DNA of 64,000 nucleotides, taken from assembly GCA_963815095.1 (NCBI GenBank), contig CAWFFH010000003.1, forward strand, positions 1,216,001-1,280,000, given 5' to 3'. A model generated the notes under the pieces. The model ran no database searches, had not been told where the DNA came from, and worked only from the letters and a program-made list of their open reading frames with translations. Below, one piece after another: positions 37,201-46,486 of the stretch; the stretch's first letter is position 1, and every line of letters begins with the position of its first letter. The stretch is from Candidatus Bathyarchaeota archaeon (GTDB taxonomy: Archaea > Thermoproteota > Bathyarchaeia > Bathyarchaeales > Bathycorpusculaceae). Made by a program: the position numbers and the translations under genes.

Positions 37201-37731
37201 ATGAAAATCCGAATCCTAAAACTCACCCCTGAATCCCTCACTGGGTTGCTACAAGGAAAACCATCTACTTTCACTTCTAACATTCCAATCGACGCTGAAA
37301 TTTTAGACATAAAAATGGACCTTTTTACTAAGCAAGTTTCTATGGTGATTAGAAGTGAGTGCTTTGAGGATATCGCCGAAGCCATTCCAATCCCTGAATT
37401 CGAGTTGGCAAAAACCGCTGACTCAAAAGCTCCACCTAAACCAGCAATGGTGCTTATAAAACCTCAAGTCATGCAAGTTCCAGAGCCTAAATCTAACGTT
37501 GCAAAGTTGCCTCAGATGCAACCAAACAGGATGGCTTCAAAAATGGAAAACGAATTCAGCCCCGAACAACGTAAACTGCTCAGCTTCACCGTTAAAGAGG
37601 ACTGTGTGGAAGTTAAGCCGGTGATGTTTTTGAAGGCTGAATGGGACGATATCAACGAGGTAGTTAAGGGCATAGGCGGGAAATGGGTTAAAGGCGACAT
37701 AATCAGTTACTGGGAAATTCCTCTCCATTAA
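37201..37731 (+). CDS. Hypothetical protein
   Basis: 176-aa ORF; two domains joined by a Pro/Lys linker; GGKWV at C-terminus. Confidence 0.7.
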   Translation: MKIRILKLTPESLTGLLQGKPSTFTSNIPIDAEILDIKMDLFTKQVSMVIRSECFEDIAEAIPIPEFELAKTADSKAPPKPAMVLIKPQVMQVPEPKSNVAKLPQMQPNRMASKMENEFSPEQRKLLSFTVKEDCVEVKPVMFLKAEWDDINEVVKGIGGKWVKGDIISYWEIPLH

Positions 37732-37807
37732 GGCGGCGGCGCGATTGAGTAAGAAACGAAAAAACTTTAAACCAGACAAGGCTAATCAAAAGGGTAGTGA
37801 GCCAAAG

Positions 37808-38194
37808 ATGGAAAAAACTGATAAACCTCTAACAAGAGACGCATTAGTCTCGATGCAAGTAATAGACGCTAAAGGACGCTTGGTAGGAAAAGTTAAGGAT
37901 GTTGCTTTTGCCGTTGGAAAAATGGGCATAGCACTAACCGTGGAAAACGAAAACGGAGAAACAACGAACGTCGCATGGGAAGAAGTTCAAGCAGCCGCAG
38001 ATTTCATACTCTTAAAACCCCAAATGGCCCAGCAAACCACATATCAACCACAGCAGGCAAAATCAGGCCAAACTGTAACTCAACAAGCGCAACAACAGAC
38101 TACTCAACCAACGTGCCCAACATGTGGAAGACCTCTAACTTGGATTCCGCAATATCAACGATGGTACTGCTACAACGACAAAAAATACGTCTAA
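37808..38194 (+). CDS. PRC-barrel protein with Gln/Thr linker and C-terminal zinc ribbon
   Basis: VIDAKGRLVGKVKDV; CPTCG...WYCYND. Confidence 0.75.
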   Translation: MEKTDKPLTRDALVSMQVIDAKGRLVGKVKDVAFAVGKMGIALTVENENGETTNVAWEEVQAAADFILLKPQMAQQTTYQPQQAKSGQTVTQQAQQQTTQPTCPTCGRPLTWIPQYQRWYCYNDKKYV

Positions 38195-38336
38195 AAACTC
38201 CAATCTTTCTCAATTTTTTATTTTTATCTTTTTTGAATATTGTTTGTCCATTAGACTAACTTTAGTTCTCGCAAAAAACTAAAGCTTATTTAAGTAAAAG
38301 CCAATGGCTGTAGATAAAAGAAAGATTTTTTCCGAG

Positions 38337-38963
38337 CTAATTGCCAATAGGCTTTTCTAGGATGGTAATTGTGCCGTTCTTTCCCAGCCGCAGCTGCTTT
38401 TCGCCTTTAAACATCGCTACATGCGCGTTCTTGATTTCTATAGAGTCACCAGTATGCACAGAATTTATCTGTTGGTCCCAAAGGCACAGGAGGATTTTTC
38501 CTGTTTCATCCCCGACGGAGGCGTTGGAAACAACTGCGTTGTCTCGGAATTGGGTGTGGACTTTGGCTGGCTCTGCAGTTTTTAGAACTTCGGCGGTGAC
38601 GTTTATTTTTTTCATACCGACCCGCAAGTTTTCTATTTTGAAATGTGAGGGAGCAGGGTTTTGGCGGGCGATTTCTTTGCGTACTTTGCTGGTGTCCATG
38701 GAATGGTCGAATGAAACGTCGGTTCTTGCGAGTGTTTCTTCAGGCACTCGGAACTGGGCAATTACTTTGGTGTCTTTTGTTATTAGGAAGATTGCTTGGT
38801 TGGTTACGTTTCCGCGGTACTCAACCGTTAAATCTGAAACAGGTACCGATTTACCGTGTTCTTTTGCTGTGATTAAGGCTTGGAAGAGCTCGGTTGGGTA
38901 AACCTCATGCTGTGTAGCAATGAAGGCAAGCTGGTCTTCTAAGGTGGGCTTTTTTGGTTTCAT
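38337..38963 (-). CDS. Single-stranded DNA-binding OB-fold protein with extra N-terminal domain
   Basis: KIENLRVG...VGDETG.I...LWD...I.NA....FKG..QL..GK.G. Confidence 0.8.
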   Translation of the reverse strand: MKPKKPTLEDQLAFIATQHEVYPTELFQALITAKEHGKSVPVSDLTVEYRGNVTNQAIFLITKDTKVIAQFRVPEETLARTDVSFDHSMDTSKVRKEIARQNPAPSHFKIENLRVGMKKINVTAEVLKTAEPAKVHTQFRDNAVVSNASVGDETGKILLCLWDQQINSVHTGDSIEIKNAHVAMFKGEKQLRLGKNGTITILEKPIGN

Positions 38964-39233
38964 ACTCTATTCTATTCTCCTTTAATTAGCGAATAATCTT
39001 GAAAATAGCAAACTAAGTTAGCCCTAAAATTTACCTTTTCTAGATTAACTTCCGCAATTTACTAGTAATGCCCCACTAGGTATATAGGTGTAACTGCTCA
39101 AAAATTGAATTTTTACGATAAAATGTCTGGTTTTATGTATTAGGTCGAAATCATATTAAACTAAAAGGTTCCAAAAAGCAAAAAGGCAACTTCCTCATTA
39201 GATCTAGATAGCGCTTATTTTCGGAGCAAAACA

Positions 39234-40109
39234 ATGACAGAAAAACTCAAAGACCTCACAAAAGTTGACTTGAAAAACCTTGACAAAGTCTTCTACCCTA
39301 AAAACAATATAACCAAAGGGCAAGTTGTCGAATACTACATCAAACTCGCTCCAAAACTGCTCCCCCTCATAGCGGACCGCCCCTTAGTTTTGACAAGATA
39401 CCCTGACGGTATAGAAGGGGAAACGAAGAGTTTTTTTGCAAAAAACGCTCCCGAAGGCACCCCCAGCTGGGTTAAAACAAAAATCATCTACTCCTCCGCT
39501 TCAAAGCGGGACGTTTCCTATATCGTTTGTAATGACCTCGACACGCTTATTTGGCTAGCCAACTTGGCTGCGCTCGAAATTCACATGCCCTTCTCCAAGG
39601 TTGATGCCTTAGACAAGCCTGACCTGCTGTTCTTTGACGTTGACCCTGAACCGCCTGCTACTTTAAGCGACGCCGCAGAAGCCTCGCTACTGCTTAAAGA
39701 TAAACTTCTTGAATTAGGGCTCACACCGTACATTAAAACCTCGGGCAAAAAAGGCTTACACGTCGTAATCCCCATTGAACCCGAACATACCTTCGAGAAG
39801 ACTAGGGCTTTTGTACATAAAATAGGCGTCGAACTGGCAAAAGAAAGCGACATGATAGTTTCCGAATTCAAGGATACCAAGAAACCCGGCAAAGTTTTCG
39901 CCGACTACCTTCAGAATTCTCCCATGCGAACCATGGTGGTTCCTTACAGTTTGCGTCCTACGCCTGACGCTACTGTTTCCACACCTTTGGAATGGAGTGA
40001 GGTGAAGAAAGGCATAAACCCTTCGAACTACACTATTTTTAATGTAGCAAAACGGCTAAGTAATCCGTGGAAAGATATTTTTGAAAAAAGATGCAAATTG
40101 GAGATTTAA
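39234..40109 (+). CDS. NHEJ primase-polymerase (LigD PolDom, stand-alone)
   Basis: NLDKV.YP, RYPDG, FF.KN, FDVDP, KTSGKKGLHV, DYLQN, PYSLR. Confidence 0.93.
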   Translation: MTEKLKDLTKVDLKNLDKVFYPKNNITKGQVVEYYIKLAPKLLPLIADRPLVLTRYPDGIEGETKSFFAKNAPEGTPSWVKTKIIYSSASKRDVSYIVCNDLDTLIWLANLAALEIHMPFSKVDALDKPDLLFFDVDPEPPATLSDAAEASLLLKDKLLELGLTPYIKTSGKKGLHVVIPIEPEHTFEKTRAFVHKIGVELAKESDMIVSEFKDTKKPGKVFADYLQNSPMRTMVVPYSLRPTPDATVSTPLEWSEVKKGINPSNYTIFNVAKRLSNPWKDIFEKRCKLEI

Positions 40110-40111
40110 TT

Positions 40112-40939
40112 ATGGAAGAACAAGAAAATGTAGAAGAATCCTCTTCTGAAAAAACCAGTGCTTCTGCCCCCAGCAGGTCTATTTGGTCAGGAAACATTAC
40201 TATCGGCTTGGTGAATGTTCCCGTCAAATTGTTCTCGATGATTTACGATAAGGGCATAGCATTTCATTTTTTGCATAAAACTGATGGTCAACCCTTAAAA
40301 TACGTTAAAATGTGCACCAAAGACGACAAGATAGTGCCGTGGAATGAGGTTGTTCGGGGCTACGAAGTTGCCAAAAACGAATACATCACCTTCGACCAAA
40401 AAGAACTCAACGAGGCAAAACCCGAATCTGATAAACGCATCCGTATCAGCAAGTTTGTCGATTACTTTTCGGTAGATCCCGTTTATTTTGACCGAACCTA
40501 CGCTTTGTTGCCTGATAAGAGTAAAGACGCCTACGGATTGCTGCTTAAGGCGCTTGAGAAAACTAACAAGGCTGGTGCTGGACGCATAACCCTGCGAACT
40601 AAAGAGTATCCCGCGTTGCTGCATACCTACAAAGGCGCATTAGTTCTTACAACATTACGTTATGCCTACGACGTTGTGAATCCCGCAGATTTTGAACCCC
40701 TCCACAAACTTGAAACCCCCCAAAAAACAGAATTAGATCTTGCCGTAAGAATCGTTGCTGACCTCTCTGGCGAATTTGACATAACAGACTTCAAAGACAC
40801 TTACATGGAAAGAGTACAAGAACTCGTAAAGCAAAAGGTGAAGGGTGAAAAAGTCCATATCGAAAAGCCTCCAGAAGTCGAAGCGAAAGGTCTTATGGTT
40901 GCCCTGCGGGAAACCCTCAAGCAGTTGGAGCAGAAATGA
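40112..40939 (+). CDS. ku: Ku protein
   Basis: RSIWSG.I..GLVNVPVKL, V.GYEV, YFDR.Y, LM.AL..TL. Confidence 0.95.
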   Translation: MEEQENVEESSSEKTSASAPSRSIWSGNITIGLVNVPVKLFSMIYDKGIAFHFLHKTDGQPLKYVKMCTKDDKIVPWNEVVRGYEVAKNEYITFDQKELNEAKPESDKRIRISKFVDYFSVDPVYFDRTYALLPDKSKDAYGLLLKALEKTNKAGAGRITLRTKEYPALLHTYKGALVLTTLRYAYDVVNPADFEPLHKLETPQKTELDLAVRIVADLSGEFDITDFKDTYMERVQELVKQKVKGEKVHIEKPPEVEAKGLMVALRETLKQLEQK

Positions 40940-42396
40940 GTCGCCACATCTACCAGCCTATGCTTGCAAAGGTTGTCGAGGAAGCTTTTTCGGATAAGGA
41001 CTGGGTTTTTGAGGTTAAATGGGATGGGTTCCGCGCAATCGCCTACGTAGAACAACCTTTCAGCCTCAAAAGCCGAAATGAGAAGGAACTAAAACAAAAT
41101 TTTCCTGAACTTCAGGAATTAAACAAGCTTGCCAGCAACATTGTCGTGGACGGCGAAATCGTGGTTATGCGGGAAGGCAAACCCGACTTCCAATCCTTAT
41201 TGGAACGCGGACAGGCGGTTTCGACAAGAGAAATCCAACGACAAGAGGATCGTGCTCCCGCTGTCTACATCGTTTTTGACATATTGGAAAAAGATGGCAA
41301 ATCTCTAACCAAATTGCCTCTGATGAAGCGCAAAGCAATCCTCAAAGACTCCTTGAAGGAGGGCTCAAACGTGCTTTTATGTGATTTTATAGAGGAAAAA
41401 GGCGAATCTTACTTCAAGTTGGCGTTGGAGAAGGGTTTGGAGGGAGTTGTGGCAAAGAGGAAGGACAGTGAGTATGAGGAAGGTTTGCGTACTGGGAGTT
41501 GGTTGAAGATTAAGAAACTCAAAACTTGTGACTGCGTAATTTTTGGTTATACTCGGGGGGAGGCGATTAGGGCAAAAACTTTTGGTGCCTTACTGCTTGG
41601 TGTTTATGATAACGAGGGTAAACCTGTCTATGTTGGTAAAGTTGGCACAGGTTTTACTCAGCAGATGATTGGAGTTTTATCGGATAAATTTAAGAAAATA
41701 AAGACAGATGTTGCCCCGTTTAAGCCTGAAGCTGGCGACGTTGTGACTTGGCTTGAGCCCAAACTTGTCTGCGAAGTAGCTTATCAAGTATTAACGAGGG
41801 ACTTGAGGTTGCGTATGGCACGTTTTAAACGGTTAAGAGATGACAAACCGCCTGAACAATGCACAATTGACCAAATAATCGAAAGCAAACAAAAAGAAGT
41901 CGCATCCCCTGAACAAAAAAGCGATGCAAAGGAAAAAGATGTGGATCAAAAGCTATCTGAATACGCAGCAAAAAGGCATTTTGAAGAAACCCCCGAACCC
42001 AAAGGCGCCCCAGAGAAAGAAGGCGACAAACTCATCTATGTAATCCAAGAACACCATGCAAGGCGACTGCACTATGATTTTAGGTTGGAAAAAGACGGTG
42101 TCCTCAAAAGCTGGGCAGTCCCAAAAGGGATGCCTGAAGCTGGGCAAAAGGTTTTGGCGGTGGAAACCGAAGACCACCCATACGAATACGGAAGTTTTGA
42201 AGGCGAAATCCCAAAAGGACAGTATGGCGCGGGAACCGTGAAAATCTGGGACAAAGGAACCTACGAAACCAAACTTTGGGAGAGCGACAAAATCGAAATC
42301 ACTCTAAACGGAAAACGGCTTAAGAGTCGCTATGTTTTGGTGCGCCTAAAGCGCGCTGGCGACAAAGATTGGCTGCTGTTGAAAGGAAAAGAATAG
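40936..42396 (+). CDS. ligD: LigD-type ATP-dependent DNA ligase fused to C-terminal 3'-phosphoesterase (PE) domain
   Basis: EVKWDGFRA, DGEIV, EGVVAK, WLKIK; PE motifs QEHHARRLHYDFRLE, SWAVPKG, TEDHP. Confidence 0.93.
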   Translation: MSRHIYQPMLAKVVEEAFSDKDWVFEVKWDGFRAIAYVEQPFSLKSRNEKELKQNFPELQELNKLASNIVVDGEIVVMREGKPDFQSLLERGQAVSTREIQRQEDRAPAVYIVFDILEKDGKSLTKLPLMKRKAILKDSLKEGSNVLLCDFIEEKGESYFKLALEKGLEGVVAKRKDSEYEEGLRTGSWLKIKKLKTCDCVIFGYTRGEAIRAKTFGALLLGVYDNEGKPVYVGKVGTGFTQQMIGVLSDKFKKIKTDVAPFKPEAGDVVTWLEPKLVCEVAYQVLTRDLRLRMARFKRLRDDKPPEQCTIDQIIESKQKEVASPEQKSDAKEKDVDQKLSEYAAKRHFEETPEPKGAPEKEGDKLIYVIQEHHARRLHYDFRLEKDGVLKSWAVPKGMPEAGQKVLAVETEDHPYEYGSFEGEIPKGQYGAGTVKIWDKGTYETKLWESDKIEITLNGKRLKSRYVLVRLKRAGDKDWLLLKGKE

Positions 42397-42397
42397 T

Positions 42398-43141
42398 ATG
42401 GAAAACCTCCATTTGGGCACTATTGGCTGGAGCTATAACTTTTGGAAAGAAATCTTTTATCCTAAAAAAACTGCCTCAAAAGACTACCTAGCATACTATG
42501 CCACACAGTTCAATACGGTTGAAGTTGACAGCACCTTCTACCGAATCCCTATCCAGTCGACTGTTTCCAATTGGAAACAGCAAACTCCCGAGGGCTTTAG
42601 GTTTTCACTCAAGTTTCCTCAAATGATAACGCATGTTAAAATGCTTAGGGATTGCGAATATGAGACAGGCATTTTTCTTGAAAGGGTAGGGTTGCTTGGA
42701 GAAGAGCTCGGTGGCTTGCTTTTACAGTTTCCTCCGAACTTCGGTGTTGACCGCCTATCCGACTTAGAGGCTTACTTAAAGAAACTCCCAAAAGAGCACA
42801 GATACGCTGTTGAAGTTAGGAACAAAAGCTGGCTAAACCAAACATTTTATTCCGTTTTAAGAACTAATGCAATTGCTTTGGTTTGGGCAGATAGTTCCTT
42901 AATGGCTGAAATCAGGGAAGTTACCAGCGATTTTTTGTACGTCCGCTGGGAAGGTGATCGGAAAAAAGTTAACGGCACCTTAGGAAAGATAGAAGCCGAT
43001 AGGGTTGAGGACCTAAAGTTGGAGGGAGAAAAACTCAAGCCTTTACTAAAAAAAATAGAAATCTTTGGCTATTTTGGTAAGTATTATTCTGGGTATCCGC
43101 CCTCAGACATCGCAAATATGCAAGACATCTTGAACAAGTAA
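42398..43141 (+). CDS. DUF72 (YecE-like) protein
   Basis: GT.GWSY..W, VEVDSTFYR.P, LLQFPP, AVEVRN.SW. Confidence 0.9.
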   Translation: MENLHLGTIGWSYNFWKEIFYPKKTASKDYLAYYATQFNTVEVDSTFYRIPIQSTVSNWKQQTPEGFRFSLKFPQMITHVKMLRDCEYETGIFLERVGLLGEELGGLLLQFPPNFGVDRLSDLEAYLKKLPKEHRYAVEVRNKSWLNQTFYSVLRTNAIALVWADSSLMAEIREVTSDFLYVRWEGDRKKVNGTLGKIEADRVEDLKLEGEKLKPLLKKIEIFGYFGKYYSGYPPSDIANMQDILNK

Positions 43142-43179
43142 ATATTCAACCAAAAGAATCTAATTTGAAGGTCAGACAA

Positions 43180-43686
43180 ATGGACACTAACAAACTGTTT
43201 GAGTTAGCAACTCCAGTTTTGGAAAAAAACGATTTCGGAGTCGGCCACACTAAGCGGGTTTTCGAGATTGCGAAACAAAACTTTCCCGTAAAAAGCGATC
43301 TCCAAGACTTAACCTACGTCGCCATAATTCTGCATGACATTGGGGGAAGCACCATACAAGAACAATACGAAAAAGGGCCCCAAATCGCAACCGCCCTGTT
43401 AAAAAAACTAGGCTGCTGCTCTGAATCATTCATTAAACAGGTCTGCTACATAATCAGCACCCACCACGAACATCCCACCAACCCCTCAGAGCCGTTCCTT
43501 TCACTGTACGATTCGGATAAGCTGGTTATGTTTTCTCCAGAAGAGTACCCGTACTATAATGCGCGAGAAGGGTTTGACTGGAACAAAATAATCAACCTCA
43601 TATATTCTAAAAAAGGGCAAGAAATAGCAAAAAAGTCTCTGGCTCAGAGAAGAAAAGATCAACCTCCAAAAGGTAGACAGGTTTAA
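43180..43686 (+). CDS. HD-domain phosphohydrolase
   Basis: H..RV, ILHDIG, HH, DSD. Confidence 0.8.
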   Translation: MDTNKLFELATPVLEKNDFGVGHTKRVFEIAKQNFPVKSDLQDLTYVAIILHDIGGSTIQEQYEKGPQIATALLKKLGCCSESFIKQVCYIISTHHEHPTNPSEPFLSLYDSDKLVMFSPEEYPYYNAREGFDWNKIINLIYSKKGQEIAKKSLAQRRKDQPPKGRQV

Positions 43687-43688
43687 AC

Positions 43689-44303
43689 ATGTTCTTTAAG
43701 CAAATCCAACAGCACAGCGACAACTTCTCATATATCATAGCAGACGAAGACATCAAAGAAGCAGCGGTTGTCGATTCAAGCTTCAACGCTGACGAAATCA
43801 TAAAAGTCATAAAAACCCAACAACTGCACCTAAAATATGTTTTAATCACTCATGGGCACTCTGACCACACCGCAGGTAACACAGAATTGCAATCTATCTT
43901 TGGAGCCAAAGTGGTTGCGTATAAACAATCCAAAATCCCCTACGACATCCCCCTTAACGAAGGCGACCTATTGATGGTTGGCCAAATATCCATAAAAACT
44001 ATTTACACACCTGGACACACCGCGGATAGCATTTGCCTACTTGTCGACAATCAAAAGCTGCTAACAGGTGACACATTATTTGTTGGCGAGTGCGGAAGAA
44101 CCGATTTTCCTGGGGGCAACTCAAAAAGCATGTATGAGAGTTTGTTTAACAAACTTCTAAAACTAAACGACGACGTGGAAGTTTATCCTGGACATGACTA
44201 TGGAGCTAAGCCTTATTCAACTATCGGGGAAGAAAAAAAATCAAACTATACTCTGCAGCCCCGAAGCCTCAAAGACTTTATGGAGTTCATGAGCCAACTT
44301 TAA
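43689..44303 (+). CDS. Metallo-beta-lactamase fold hydrolase (glyoxalase II/ETHE1-like)
   Basis: THGHSDH, TPGHT, TGDTLF, GRTD, PGHDY. Confidence 0.9.
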   Translation: MFFKQIQQHSDNFSYIIADEDIKEAAVVDSSFNADEIIKVIKTQQLHLKYVLITHGHSDHTAGNTELQSIFGAKVVAYKQSKIPYDIPLNEGDLLMVGQISIKTIYTPGHTADSICLLVDNQKLLTGDTLFVGECGRTDFPGGNSKSMYESLFNKLLKLNDDVEVYPGHDYGAKPYSTIGEEKKSNYTLQPRSLKDFMEFMSQL

Positions 44304-44521
44304 GACGTTTGCAGGCATCAAATATGCAAGAACTCGCCGCTAACGCTAATAATTAACTTCAAAAATTCTTTTCAGCTTTAATTTCTGAGCTAAATATGTC
44401 ACGTTTATTGAGATACTTTTTTATTGCTCTTGTTCTAAACAGTGGGTTTAAAAGGCTTCAACCCAATACTCGAAGAGAAAACAAACCTTAAAAGTTTAGA
44501 TAAAGTATATGTGAGACTGTA

Positions 44522-44668
44522 ATGGAAAATACATTTATCTTCACTAGCGTAGCTCGATTAGTAAGCTTTAAGCTTGAAAGTTCTGGGTACCTCGAATCGC
44601 TCTTAAAGGCAAAATCTGCAGGCCAAATGTTATCCAGTAAACGACTAAATGAGGCTGGATACAAATGA
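44522..44668 (+). CDS. Possible 48-aa small ORF coupled to the downstream GT2
   Basis: ATG 44522 to TGA overlapping ATG 44665 (ATGA). Confidence 0.3.
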   Translation: MENTFIFTSVARLVSFKLESSGYLESLLKAKSAGQMLSSKRLNEAGYK

Positions 44669-45900
44669 TATTTACCGACATCATTTCCATAATTTTGCTT
44701 TCAGTTTTGCTTTTCTGGACCGCCTACAATGGCTCAATAATCTACTTGGGAATAAGAGCGAAACGCAAACAAACAACAATTTCAACAACTACCCAGCTTG
44801 TTGAGTTCCCAAAGTTTTCAATAATTGTCCCAACCAAAAATGAAGAAAACGTCATCCGACGCTGCCTAGACGGCATATTCAACATGGATTACCCAAAAGA
44901 CAAACTCCAAGTAATAGTCGTGGACGGAAAATCCACTGACAATACACCCCAAATATGCTCAGAGTTCTCCGAGAGATACCCCGAAAACATCAAAGTTATC
45001 TCCGAAAAAACTGTCAAAGGCAAGCCCGCAGCGCTCAACCTTGCCCTAAAATATGTAATTGGAGATATAGTGGGTACTTTTGATGCTGACAGCCTTCCAG
45101 AGAAAGATGCACTCTCAAAACTTGCCTCATATTTCACTGACAAAAAAGTGATGGCTGTTCAAGGAAGAACAACCGCAATTAACGAAAAAAGCAACGTCCT
45201 AACACGAATCACCGCGATGGAAGAAAAAGCCTGGTACCAAGCCTTAATTACCGGAAGAGAAAGCCTACAATTATTCGTTCCACTTAACGGAAGCTGCCAA
45301 TTCGTAAGAACTAAAGTAGTTGAAGAGCTTGGCGGCTGGGATGAAAATTCCTTAACTGAAGATGTAGAATTTGCATTAAGGCTCGTTGAAAAGAAACATC
45401 TCATAAAATATGCTCCGGATGTTTGCTCGGGGCAAGAAACACCAGGCAATCTGGGTTCTTTGTTTAAGCAACGGGTGCGATGGTACCGAGGATATATGGA
45501 AACATCCCTAAAATACGGTCGCCTCCTAGACTCAATAAATAGGCGGACACTTGATGCAGAAATTTCTATGGCTGGACCATTTATGATGGTTGTGTCACTG
45601 TTAAGCTACATAAACTGGTTCTTGGTTGCACTATTTTTCCAAAGTACTCCCATCATAAGCTTTACAGGCTTGGTGATAGCTCTTACAGCTGTTTCTATTG
45701 TTTCAGTTGGCGTTGCTTTATTGGCGACCGAAAAACCCATAAAAACGCGAAACGTTCTCTGGATACCATTTATTTATGTTTATTGGCTTTTCCAGATGTG
45801 CATTGCTGGTTGGGCATTTCTTAAATTCGTATCTAGAAGCAAGCGAGATTGGACAAAAACAGTTAAAAAAGGTACTATTGCTCCTGGTAGCATTATTTGA
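44665..45900 (+). CDS. Processive-type GT2 (cellulose synthase/PgaC-like)
   Basis: GKPAALN, FDAD, LTED, QRVRW; N- and C-terminal TMs. Confidence 0.88.
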   Translation: MIFTDIISIILLSVLLFWTAYNGSIIYLGIRAKRKQTTISTTTQLVEFPKFSIIVPTKNEENVIRRCLDGIFNMDYPKDKLQVIVVDGKSTDNTPQICSEFSERYPENIKVISEKTVKGKPAALNLALKYVIGDIVGTFDADSLPEKDALSKLASYFTDKKVMAVQGRTTAINEKSNVLTRITAMEEKAWYQALITGRESLQLFVPLNGSCQFVRTKVVEELGGWDENSLTEDVEFALRLVEKKHLIKYAPDVCSGQETPGNLGSLFKQRVRWYRGYMETSLKYGRLLDSINRRTLDAEISMAGPFMMVVSLLSYINWFLVALFFQSTPIISFTGLVIALTAVSIVSVGVALLATEKPIKTRNVLWIPFIYVYWLFQMCIAGWAFLKFVSRSKRDWTKTVKKGTIAPGSII

Positions 45901-46159
45901 CTGCTGCAAAACTTTTTCTTATCAAAAGTTCAATTGACAAATTGAGGAGCGACTGGTTGTGGAAAGGGAAATCGCAACTAACAAGACCAAAACACATGTT
46001 TCATATTACATCCAGTTTAGTCAGTTTCAGGCGACTTCATCCACAAGTGGTTTGTAAAAATCTTTTTTCCAAGGCTCGACTGGCACTGAATTGAAAGCAA
46101 AGTTTTTGGGCATCGTTCAATACTCAAAATCATCTTTATGATATCGACCTCATAATCTA

Positions 46160-46364
46160 ACAAAAATTGCAATTAGCTTCCTTGCTTTAACTAGCAAATT
46201 TCTTTTTTAACATGGTTGTTTATCTTGAGTGGGCTCTTCCTGACCCTGTACACGGGTACAGTGAAGGCGTTGATGAAGCTGGGAACCAGCTTACAAGTGC
46301 TGGCAGCAACACAAACGGTTTGATTATAGGCGCCGCAAGATATGCACTTCAGATCCACCCTTGA
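46160..46364 (+). pseudogene. Degraded C-terminal remnant of a DUF3131-like glycosidase gene
   Basis: TKIAISFLAL, then a frameshift, then MVVYLE...GYSEGVDE...NTNGLIIGAARYA (46212-46364). Confidence 0.4.
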
Positions 46365-46486
46365 TGAGAGGTTAGTGGATTTTGAACTTTGTGCTCCCAA
46401 TTTATTTCTGGTAAGCGTAAGGCATTTAGGATGGCACTTAACAGTCTATAAAACAATAATTTCGTGGCATCTTTGGAGAATAAGAA

